Assembly: GCA_039208735.1 (NCBI GenBank)
Contig: JBCCQY010000185.1
Coordinates: forward strand, 1-17,163
Reading direction: 5' to 3'
DNA: 17,163 nt
From: Myxococcota bacterium
Lineage (GTDB): Bacteria > Myxococcota_A > UBA796 > GCA-2862545
The position numbers and the translations under genes were made by a program. Each line of letters starts with the position of its first letter. Within the stretch, counting starts at the first letter, position 1. The notes beneath the pieces were generated by a model. That model made no database searches. It saw only the letters and a program-made list of their open reading frames with translations, and had not been told where the DNA came from. Shown here one piece after another: positions 7,495-14,844 of the stretch.

Positions 7495-7882
7495 CGGTAC
7501 GCTCGAGGGTCGAAGACCCAGCAAACGGTGCTTCCTGCTGAACCTGCACCTCACACGGACCGTCGAGCGAGTCGGACGACGACCCCTCCGTCAAGTCGTG
7601 CCGAAGCGTAAACCCCAGTACTTCGTCCCCGAGTTCCACGGTCAACGAAACGGCGTCACCGTCGACGGACCCCGTCAGGTCACCCGCGATGGCCTCGGTC
7701 AGGAAGGGCGCCAACACTGAAGCGGAGCCTGTCAACTCGCCCCGCGTGTCGTCCACCAAGTAGGACAGCGTGTAGGTGCCTTCGCCCTTCTTCGTGTCGA
7801 CGACACAGGAACCTTGCCAGTTGCCGTCGAGGCGGTTGGCGCACCCGAGCAGCCCCACCAACCAAAGCCCCCTCATGACCAT
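7484..7882 (-). CDS. Small beta-rich lipoprotein, hypothetical
   Basis: Lipobox in MVMRGLWLVGLLGC, then LDGNWQGSC and alternating beta-strand patterns. RBS GGGAGG at 7892-7897. The start could instead be 7876. Confidence 0.78.
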   Translation of the reverse strand: MVMRGLWLVGLLGCANRLDGNWQGSCVVDTKKGEGTYTLSYLVDDTRGELTGSASVLAPFLTEAIAGDLTGSVDGDAVSLTVELGDEVLGFTLRHDLTEGSSSDSLDGPCEVQVQQEAPFAGSSTLERTDDA

Positions 7883-7904
7883 GTGTTCCATCCTCCCGCA
7901 GCGC

Positions 7905-7910
7905 AGCATA
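7905..7910 (-). promoter_or_regulatory. Possible -10 element (TATGCT) for the lipoprotein-SCO-PLD-LRR unit
   Basis: TANNNT hexamer 7 nt upstream of the GGGAGG RBS. No clear -35. Confidence 0.4.
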
Positions 7911-7927
7911 ATGCGCTCGAGAGGGCG

Positions 7928-8341
7928 TCAGGCCGATGCGCCAGCCCGCAGGGGAGGGTCGTCGGTCTCGGTGATCTCGTCCCATGCGGGCCGGAGCGCA
8001 TCGAGTTCCCGCAGCGTGGCGGCGGGCGCCTCATCGAAGCGAGCCGACATGAGGAAGATCTGGATGACATCCCCATCAAGGCCCCACGGAGCGTCGTGAG
8101 AGGCCGCCCATGCGGCCACCGCGCTCAGCACCGCCGGACGGTCGATCTGCATCTCGATTTGCCGTGGATGCGGCCGCCTTAGGCGTCGCACCAGGGTGCG
8201 GATGCGCTCGACCGCGAGCGCGGGAGAGACCGAACGACCGTCGAGCCGGAGCGGCCCGGAACGTGGAATGTGCGTCATCACGGCGAACTCGTAGGTCATT
8301 CGCGGGAGTTCGGAGGTTGCTACCCGGTTACGAGTGGCCAT
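7928..8341 (-). CDS. Hypothetical protein (start uncertain, possibly 8299)
   Basis: Fills the gap between two minus-strand genes without overlap and has protein-like composition. No recognised motif. Confidence 0.55.
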   Translation of the reverse strand: MATRNRVATSELPRMTYEFAVMTHIPRSGPLRLDGRSVSPALAVERIRTLVRRLRRPHPRQIEMQIDRPAVLSAVAAWAASHDAPWGLDGDVIQIFLMSARFDEAPAATLRELDALRPAWDEITETDDPPLRAGASA

Positions 8342-8366
8342 TCAAAGGGAAGCACCGACGGGGCGC

Positions 8367-8699
8367 TCAGGGACGCAACGACGATCGACCGGTGTCCGTA
8401 CCGCTGTCGCACGTCCACACCGCATTGCATCGCGCTTCCACTTCGTCGAAGCGACGGCCGACCTTGCGACAGTTCCAACGGAGGGCCTCTCGGCACTCCC
8501 GGGCTGCCTTTGGATCGTAGGCGCAGCCCGACACGTCTCCCAGGTCTGTGGCGTCTTCGCAGGCGTCCAAATCTGCAAAGTCTCGGTAGAAAGAGATGGG
8601 GTCGCACCGACGCAGAAGCTTGCACGATACAGATGGCGCCTGGGTTGTCCACCGTTCTTCGGAGGGCCCACACGCCACCGCCAGGAGGAGCCCGATCAC
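8367..8699 (-). CDS. Small cysteine-rich lipoprotein (about 110 aa; 8 Cys after the lipidated Cys)
   Basis: Lipobox in (V)IGLLLAVAC-GPSEE. Pattern C-x5-C...C...CAYDPKAAREC...C...CNAVWTC. GTG at 8699 is chosen; ATG at 8744 is an alternative. Confidence 0.75.
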   Translation of the reverse strand: MIGLLLAVACGPSEERWTTQAPSVSCKLLRRCDPISFYRDFADLDACEDATDLGDVSGCAYDPKAARECREALRWNCRKVGRRFDEVEARCNAVWTCDSGTDTGRSSLRP

Positions 8700-8742
8700 G
8701 GTCGAGGTTGCGAACGGCAAGGCACGGAGGCGAGAGGTCGAC

Positions 8743-9783
8743 ATGGTGTTGCTGTTTGTCATGGCTGCAGGTGCTGCGCCCCTCGATTTGACGGTCCCTG
8801 GACACCACGAAGACCCCTCGACCGACGTCGATGGCGAAGGGGAAGGACCCGTTGCGGCGCCGGTGGTCAACGGCTCGGAGGCGACCGGAAACCCAGATGT
8901 GGTGGCCCTAGCGTTTTCCGACCCCGCCACGGGCCTGCTGTCGGTGTTCTGCACGGCGAGTGTGATTCAGGATGACTGGCTGCTCACGGCCGCGCACTGC
9001 ATCACCGAGACCAATCGAGGGGCGAACCTTGGTCTGCAGCGAGTCGCGGTTTGGGGGAACAACATCAACGTCTCTGGCGGAGACGTGGTCATTCCTTGGG
9101 CGGAGGCCATCACGAGCCCCGATTACCGCCCGGCCCAGTTCACCGGCGACGCCGGTTTGGTTCGCCTCGAATCTCCGCATCCCGACCCCACCTGGGTCGT
9201 CCTGCGCGATGAGCCTTTCGATAACTCCCAAGTCGGAGCGCAAATCGAGGTCTTTGGGTTTGGAGCGACGGGCGACGGGCGTTCCGATTCGGGCATCAAG
9301 CGCACCACGGTGCTCCCCGTCGACGAGGTCGATGACTTCAACATCATCACGTTCACGCCAGAGTCCAATGTGTGTTCGGGCGACTCGGGAGGCCCGGGCT
9401 TTGTTCCGACCCCGGAAGGTCGTGAGCAGGTCGGCATCAACGCATTCGTGACCCCAGGCTGCATCGGTGGCCGAGGCGGGTCCACCCGAGTCGACCAGCA
9501 CATCGATTGGATTCTCGAGTTGGTCCCAGAGGTCGCACTCGATCACAGCGAGCTGCCTAGCGTAATCGAAGAGAACGAGGACGGTAGCCGGGGATTGACC
9601 GACTTCGGTGCCGATGATCCTCAGGCGTTTGGCATCGCGTTCGACGACGTCGACCCGCTCGACGAACCCGGGGGCGGGTGCCGCACCCCGATGCCTTACG
9701 CGTTGCTCGCCTGGTGGCCTGTGGTTGCACTGTGGCGGCGTCGACGGAGCAGCAGCAGCCCGAACACCCCCGCCGCGGCGTAG
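8743..9783 (+). CDS. S1-family (trypsin-like fold) serine protease with a MYXO-CTERM-like sorting tail (346 aa)
   Basis: ATG at 8743 with RBS GAGAGG. Activation-like site AP-VVNG; triad motifs LTAAHC, GDAGL and CSGDSGGP; C-terminal GGGC...hydrophobic...WRRRR. Confidence 0.93.
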   Translation: MVLLFVMAAGAAPLDLTVPGHHEDPSTDVDGEGEGPVAAPVVNGSEATGNPDVVALAFSDPATGLLSVFCTASVIQDDWLLTAAHCITETNRGANLGLQRVAVWGNNINVSGGDVVIPWAEAITSPDYRPAQFTGDAGLVRLESPHPDPTWVVLRDEPFDNSQVGAQIEVFGFGATGDGRSDSGIKRTTVLPVDEVDDFNIITFTPESNVCSGDSGGPGFVPTPEGREQVGINAFVTPGCIGGRGGSTRVDQHIDWILELVPEVALDHSELPSVIEENEDGSRGLTDFGADDPQAFGIAFDDVDPLDEPGGGCRTPMPYALLAWWPVVALWRRRRSSSSPNTPAAA

Positions 9784-10643
9784 GCCGCTCCGGTCGGTGC
9801 CGTGTTGCAGCCTGGAGGCGGGTAGTTCTCGAGGTCATCGAGGTCGAATGACGCGAGCGAAGGCGTGTAGGTGGCCTGCAGCGGCTCGCAGATCGGGGCC
9901 GCAAACTGGAACTGGATGGTTCCTGCGTCGGTGTCGGCCCCTACGTTGCGCAGGATGAGGTTTGCGACTCCTCCGATCTCGCCCAAGGGATTGATCGTCG
10001 TTTCCGCACTGCCGGTATCGAGACGGCCCGTCGGGGCGGCAGGATTCCACACCGAAATCTCGACCGACCCCGCGACAGCGTGGCGCTGGACGAGATTCAC
10101 CGAGCCCGCGGTGTCGAAGTACTCGGTTTCGAGGTGGTTTGTGGTCCGAGTGAAGCCGACTTCCGCCCCCGGCTCGCTGGGCAGGCACGTGTCGCATTGC
10201 TCTTCGAACGGACATTGCCGCAGTAGACAAAGCAGACCGTAGTTGACGACCTCCTCGCCAGTTTCACTCGCTTCACGATCGGGAATCACCGGAAAGGAGA
10301 GGTCGGTCTGTGACCCTGCGGGCCACTGGGGCACCTGCAGATAGACGTCGGCCGACCAGAGGTCCCGAGGCATCAGGCTGGCCCAACTCTCGGCTTGCTG
10401 GGCGGGCGTCTCGTCGTTCCGAAGTTGGTTTTGAACCTGTGCATCGGTGATGCAAGGGTTCCAGTAGTTCGTGAAACGAAGATGGATCCTGTTGCGGAGC
10501 GGATCCTCGCGAAAGTAAGCGTAGCGAAACGAGGGATTAAAGAACGCCTCGTCCGAAATGGCCTCATCCACAACGACTTGTCGCTGTAGGTCGCAACCGG
10601 TGAACAGCGCAACCAGCAGAGAAGCCGCTCCCGTCGCAATCAT
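9696..10643 (-). CDS. Lipoprotein with a C-terminal MYXO-CTERM-like signal, hypothetical (315 aa)
   Basis: ATG at 10643 with AAAGGA upstream. Lipobox in ASLLVALFTGC. C-terminal PPPGCNTAPTG-AAYAAAGVFGLLLL-RRRR. Confidence 0.83.
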   Translation of the reverse strand: MIATGAASLLVALFTGCDLQRQVVVDEAISDEAFFNPSFRYAYFREDPLRNRIHLRFTNYWNPCITDAQVQNQLRNDETPAQQAESWASLMPRDLWSADVYLQVPQWPAGSQTDLSFPVIPDREASETGEEVVNYGLLCLLRQCPFEEQCDTCLPSEPGAEVGFTRTTNHLETEYFDTAGSVNLVQRHAVAGSVEISVWNPAAPTGRLDTGSAETTINPLGEIGGVANLILRNVGADTDAGTIQFQFAAPICEPLQATYTPSLASFDLDDLENYPPPGCNTAPTGAAYAAAGVFGLLLLRRRRHSATTGHQASNA

Positions 10644-10676
10644 GAGTCGTCCTTTGTCCTCGGGGCGGAGGTTGGC

Positions 10677-10682
10677 TAACCT
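10677..10682 (+). promoter_or_regulatory. Possible -10 element (TAACCT) of a leaderless transcript
   Basis: TAACCT-gccgcc-ATG, a 6-nt spacing to the ATG at 10689. No correctly spaced Shine-Dalgarno. Confidence 0.45.
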
Positions 10683-10688
10683 GCCGCC

Positions 10689-11204
10689 ATGTGGATTGTG
10701 GCATGGATGGCGTCGGCCGGGGCGGCGGCCCCTGAGGTCGAGTGGACGGCGATGGCTGGCTTGCAGTCGGCCTTTGGCATTCCACTCATGGGCATTAGCA
10801 GCCCCCGCGAGCGCAGCCCCTCGCTGTCGCTTCCCGTGGAGGTCAATCTGGGCATCGATGCAGGGCCCGGATTCTTGGTGCGGGCGCACGTTGGTGCGGG
10901 CGCATTGCTGAATGGCACCTACCTCTACACCGCCGAGAACGGCCGTTCGGTGGGGTTCCCACACCACATTGACCTGGCGCTTAGCGCGGGACTCCGCATC
11001 AACGGCATCTCGGTTGGTGCTTTGGGTGGGTTTCAGCTGCCTTCTCGCACGACAGTTCGCGGATTCGTGGGATGGAATCCGGAAGGTTCACCGTTGATCG
11101 TCGAGCTTCGCGCGGGAGCCAACCTCCCGACCGAGCGACGTACCGAGCCCGTTTTACAGTTGTGGGTGGGCCTGAATGGTCCCCTGTCGCGCAACCGGGA
11201 GTGA
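10689..11204 (+). CDS. Secreted hypothetical protein, possibly a small outer-membrane beta-barrel
   Basis: Short signal peptide MWIVAWMASAGAA. Amphipathic Gly-rich strands (VEVNLGI, FLVRAHVGAG, IDLALSAGLRI, TVRGFVGW, LIVELRAG, LQLWVGL). Confidence 0.7.
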   Translation: MWIVAWMASAGAAAPEVEWTAMAGLQSAFGIPLMGISSPRERSPSLSLPVEVNLGIDAGPGFLVRAHVGAGALLNGTYLYTAENGRSVGFPHHIDLALSAGLRINGISVGALGGFQLPSRTTVRGFVGWNPEGSPLIVELRAGANLPTERRTEPVLQLWVGLNGPLSRNRE

Positions 11205-11205
11205 C

Positions 11206-11718
11206 ATGACGCCCCCCCCCGAATCGGTGGTCCTTCTGCCCGACGGCTTTTCGGTCGAACTGTTGGGCCGGCGTACGGAAGAGCGCGCCATCGGAGCGAT
11301 GGTGGGGTTGATGGGGGTCGGGGCCATCGCCGTCTTCGGATGGTTCCCCGACACCGGCAGCCTCCGACAGATGCTGAGTCTGGGCATCTGGCTCTTGATT
11401 GGGTTGTTGGCGGTGCTCGGCGCCGACATTTTGGTGCTGCTGGTCGCACCGATCCGGGTGACCCCTGTCGAATTGGCGGGGTTCGTGCTCAAAGTCGGCC
11501 CCCAGCGAATCGCCGTGGCCGACATCCGAGACGTCCGGTTGCGCTTGCGCCATCTGGTCATCGATGCCGACAAACGCTACGTCGTGCCGGCATCACATGT
11601 CCCAAGCCCGCTTCGTCGCTGGGTTCGGGACCGGCTGGTGGAGCGCGTCACCGAGTGGCAGAACCGCGATGGTGAAGCGCCTCCCGAGCTTGAGTCGCTG
11701 CTCGATCGCCCGTCATAG
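11206..11718 (+). CDS. Membrane protein with two predicted TM helices and a soluble C-terminal domain
   Basis: ATG at 11206, one base after the upstream TGA, with GGGAG RBS. Hydrophobic segments AIGAMVGLMGVGAIAVFGWF and LSLGIWLLIGLLAVLGADILVLLVA. Confidence 0.75.
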   Translation: MTPPPESVVLLPDGFSVELLGRRTEERAIGAMVGLMGVGAIAVFGWFPDTGSLRQMLSLGIWLLIGLLAVLGADILVLLVAPIRVTPVELAGFVLKVGPQRIAVADIRDVRLRLRHLVIDADKRYVVPASHVPSPLRRWVRDRLVERVTEWQNRDGEAPPELESLLDRPS

Positions 11719-13221
11719 CGCAGCGCGAACCACCCGAGGGCCTTCCTGGGCCAACAGCGTTTCAATGCCTTCACCAAGCTTTTCGATGACGAGGTCGACC
11801 TCGGCGGCGGTGATGCCGAACCAGGGCGTCAGGCGCACCGCGTTCTTGCCCCCGTGAATGAGGCCCAGTCCGTGGGTGCGGCACCACATTTCGAGGCCGT
11901 CGAACCCCACCACCGGCATGCGCTCGGGGTCCATCTCTGCGGAACACAGAAGCCCTGTTCCTTGCACCGTTTGCACGATGCCCGGGAACCGTTGCTGAAG
12001 CTTCAACAGCCCTTCGACGAACTGAGCGCCGCGGTCCTGGATGTTCTGTCGAAGTTCGGGGGTGAGCCCCTCGAGGACGGCCACCGCAACGTCAAGGGCT
12101 CGCGGATTCGTGGTCATGGTGTTGCCGTAGACCCCGCGCACGTACTCGTCCGCTGCCCGATCCGTAAGACCGAGAACCGACAGCGGATACTGGCCCGCAT
12201 TAAGCGCCTTTGACCAGGCTTCCATGTCGGGCGGAACCGCGTCTTCGAAACCCGGGTAGTCGACGAAGGACAAGTACCCGGTGGTGCGGAGGCCGGCTTG
12301 AACGCTGTCGACGACGAGCATCGATCCGTGGGCCAACGTGCGCTCACGCACCGCGTCGTAGAACTCGCGGGTCACCGCCATGCCAGGGTTGCCCTCGCCC
12401 ATCACAGGCTCGATCATCACGAGTTCGAGGAACGTGCGTTGATCCTCGGCCGTGTCAAACAGGCGGTGGAGGGTGGCGACGTCGTTTGGCGGGCACACCC
12501 AAACGTGCCGGTCACGGAAGCTTGCAAGCTGGGCTTCGTAGGTGGGCAGGGAGCTGTGCGACGCCATGGCGGGGCGACGGGTGCGCCCGTGGAAACTGCC
12601 CCGGAGGGACAGCATCTTGGTGGACCAGCCTTGTTTGGGTCCGCCCGGCCCGATTTGGCGCAGGGTGTGATGGTCGGCGATGCGCGAGGCCACCATCATG
12701 GCGTCGGAGCCCGAGTTGATGCACATGAACCGGCCGAACGGCGAGCCGCCTCTGCGTTGGCCGACCTCACGTTTCATGGCTTCGGTGAAACGCTTGTGCG
12801 ACAGCGAGGGCGTCATGACGTTCGCCATCACGTGCGGAGCGTTCATGGCCTTCAGTACATGTTCAGGCGCGTGGCCTGCCCCGAGCATGCCGTAGCCGCC
12901 GTTGTCGTGGATCACAGCCCCGTGTGTTGTGACGATCCAAGGTCCCTTTGCGGCAAGCGGGATGTAGGGATTGACGGTGGCTGCGGAGTAGAAGTTGACG
13001 AAGTCGTCCTGAAGATCGCGAACGAGCTCCGCTTCGGGACCGGCGATGGCGGCCCGCGTCGCATCGTCGACGCGTTCCTTCGCTTCGGTGGCTTGCGCGA
13101 TCGCGGCCGGAAGCGCTGCATCGAGGGCCGCGAACCTGGTGATCGTCGCATCGTCCAAGCCCTCGGTACGACGAGGACCCGCCGTGTTTCGAAGGTTGGA
13201 GATTGCGCTGATGACGTCCAT
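11713..13221 (-). CDS. lat: Class III PLP-dependent aminotransferase, L-lysine 6-aminotransferase-like (Flavobacterium lutescens Lat type)
   Basis: Motifs FVNFY, GGYGMLGAGH, NSGSDA, GSFHGRT, EPVMGEGNPG, DSVQAG, SKALNAG (PLP Lys) and YGNTMTTNPRALDVA, recalled as closely resembling F. lutescens Lat. ATG at 13221 with RBS GGGGGAG. Substrate is inferred. Confidence 0.85.
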   Translation of the reverse strand: MDVISAISNLRNTAGPRRTEGLDDATITRFAALDAALPAAIAQATEAKERVDDATRAAIAGPEAELVRDLQDDFVNFYSAATVNPYIPLAAKGPWIVTTHGAVIHDNGGYGMLGAGHAPEHVLKAMNAPHVMANVMTPSLSHKRFTEAMKREVGQRRGGSPFGRFMCINSGSDAMMVASRIADHHTLRQIGPGGPKQGWSTKMLSLRGSFHGRTRRPAMASHSSLPTYEAQLASFRDRHVWVCPPNDVATLHRLFDTAEDQRTFLELVMIEPVMGEGNPGMAVTREFYDAVRERTLAHGSMLVVDSVQAGLRTTGYLSFVDYPGFEDAVPPDMEAWSKALNAGQYPLSVLGLTDRAADEYVRGVYGNTMTTNPRALDVAVAVLEGLTPELRQNIQDRGAQFVEGLLKLQQRFPGIVQTVQGTGLLCSAEMDPERMPVVGFDGLEMWCRTHGLGLIHGGKNAVRLTPWFGITAAEVDLVIEKLGEGIETLLAQEGPRVVRAAL

Positions 13222-13245
13222 GACTCCCCCGGGTTGGTCGAAAGG

Positions 13246-13273
13246 ATCGTAATCAGCGCTCAGCACGACTCAA
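13246..13273 (-). promoter_or_regulatory. Possible sigma70-type promoter for the aminotransferase
   Basis: TTGAGT (13273-13268)-N16-TACGAT (13251-13246) in the 96-bp divergent gap. Confidence 0.4.
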
Positions 13274-13317
13274 GTGCAACAGTTATCGACACCGACGATG
13301 CGACGGGGAGGCAAACG

Positions 13318-14844
13318 ATGCCCGATTCCGCCCTTTGGGTCCACCACGACAAAACGTCGTGGTCGGTCGATGCCACGACGATGGGGGTGGCCCCAGAAGC
13401 GCTCGACCAGCTGCCCTGGACACCGACCTTCAATGCCATGGCTGCGCTTGAGTCCGGCGCGATTGCCAATCCGGACGAACAACGTCAGGTCGGCCACTAC
13501 TGGCTTCGATCACCCGAACGATCGGGCGAACACCAAGGAGCCATCGAGCAAACCCGCGACGCGGTGCTCGCGTTTGCAAAAGCCGTGCGAGAAGGGGTTC
13601 ACACGACCGATCAGGGCGAGACGTTCACCCATGCGTTGCAGCTTGGAATTGGTGGTTCGGCGCTCGGGCCCCAGCTTCTCGTAGAGGCGCTGGGTGAGGG
13701 AGAGGGCCTCGAGCTCCATTTCGTCGACAACATCGATCCGGATGGACTCCAGCGGACGCTCGATCGCATCGGGGCGGGGCTGTCGCGCACCCTGATCGTG
13801 GCCGTCAGCAAGTCTGGGGGCACGCCCGAAACCATGCTGTCGCTGGATCTCGTGCTGAAGGCGCTGCAGGCCCAAGGCCTCTCGGTCTCGGATCGCCTCG
13901 TGGCCATCACCGGCGATGACTCCAAGCTGCATCGGCGGGCGCAGTCCGAAGGGTGGCGAGCCACGTTCCCGCTGTTCGACTGGGTGGGAGGGCGGACCTC
14001 TGTGGGATCGGTGGTCGGCCTCCTGCCGGGCGCGTTGGCAGGCCTCGACATGGCGGCGTTTCTCGAGGGATCGGCGTTCATGGACGCGTGGACCCGAGCC
14101 GACGACTGGCGCAAGAACCCGGCTGCACTCCTGGCCGGGTGCTGGCATGCGGTGGGGCATGGCAAGGGCGACCGGGCGATGGTGGTCTTGCCCTACGCGG
14201 ACCGGCTGTTGTGGCTGTCGCGATACCTGCAGCAGCTCGTCATGGAGTCGCTCGGTAAGCGGCATGCGCTCGATGGCCGTGAGGTCGAACAGGGTTTGGT
14301 GGTCTACGGCAACAAAGGGTCGACCGACCAGCACGCGTTTGTGCAACAGCTCCGCGACGGTCGGAACGATTTCTTCGTCTCGTTTGTGTCGGTGCTCGAG
14401 GATGGTCGAGGTCCCACCAATGCGGTCGATGGATTGGCGAACGCGGGCGATGTGCTGCAGGGCATGTGGCTTGGTACCCGCAAAGCGCTCGACGAAGCGG
14501 ATCGACCAAGCCTCGTGATTACGCTGCCTCGCGTTGGCGCCTTCGAACTCGGGGCGTTGATTGCTCTGTTCGAACGCGCAGTGGGGTTCTATGCGAGCCT
14601 CGTCGGCATCAACGCCTACCATCAACCCGGCGTTGAGGCAGGCAAGAAGGCGGCAAAGGGCATGGTTGCGCTTCAAGCGAAGGTCCTCGAAGGGCTCGGC
14701 TCGGAGCCGACGACGGCGGAGGCTCTCGCGGGAGCGCTTGGGGAGGACGCAGGCGTGGTGTTCCACATGCTTATGAGGCTTTCGGCGAACGGTCGCATCG
14801 CTCGGGACGGGTTCGGCTTCGACGCCCGCTTCGTGCGGTCGTGA
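13318..14844 (+). CDS. pgi: Glucose-6-phosphate isomerase (508 aa)
   Basis: Motifs ANPDEQRQVGHYWLR, GIGGSALGP, SKSGGTPET, FDWVGGRTS, QQLVMESLGK, GSTDQH and NAYHQPGVEAGK. ATG at 13318 with RBS GGGGAGG. Confidence 0.97.
   Translation: MPDSALWVHHDKTSWSVDATTMGVAPEALDQLPWTPTFNAMAALESGAIANPDEQRQVGHYWLRSPERSGEHQGAIEQTRDAVLAFAKAVREGVHTTDQGETFTHALQLGIGGSALGPQLLVEALGEGEGLELHFVDNIDPDGLQRTLDRIGAGLSRTLIVAVSKSGGTPETMLSLDLVLKALQAQGLSVSDRLVAITGDDSKLHRRAQSEGWRATFPLFDWVGGRTSVGSVVGLLPGALAGLDMAAFLEGSAFMDAWTRADDWRKNPAALLAGCWHAVGHGKGDRAMVVLPYADRLLWLSRYLQQLVMESLGKRHALDGREVEQGLVVYGNKGSTDQHAFVQQLRDGRNDFFVSFVSVLEDGRGPTNAVDGLANAGDVLQGMWLGTRKALDEADRPSLVITLPRVGAFELGALIALFERAVGFYASLVGINAYHQPGVEAGKKAAKGMVALQAKVLEGLGSEPTTAEALAGALGEDAGVVFHMLMRLSANGRIARDGFGFDARFVRS

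Noticed and set aside
10644..10967. N-terminal extension of the 423-aa minus-strand ORF
   Set aside because: It overlaps the plus-strand gene at 10689. The lipoprotein signal and RBS point to ATG 10643.
12298..13317. Apparent 340-aa N-terminal fusion on Pgi (848-aa ORF)
   Set aside because: Stop-free antisense of the aminotransferase. The real start is ATG 13318 with a strong RBS.
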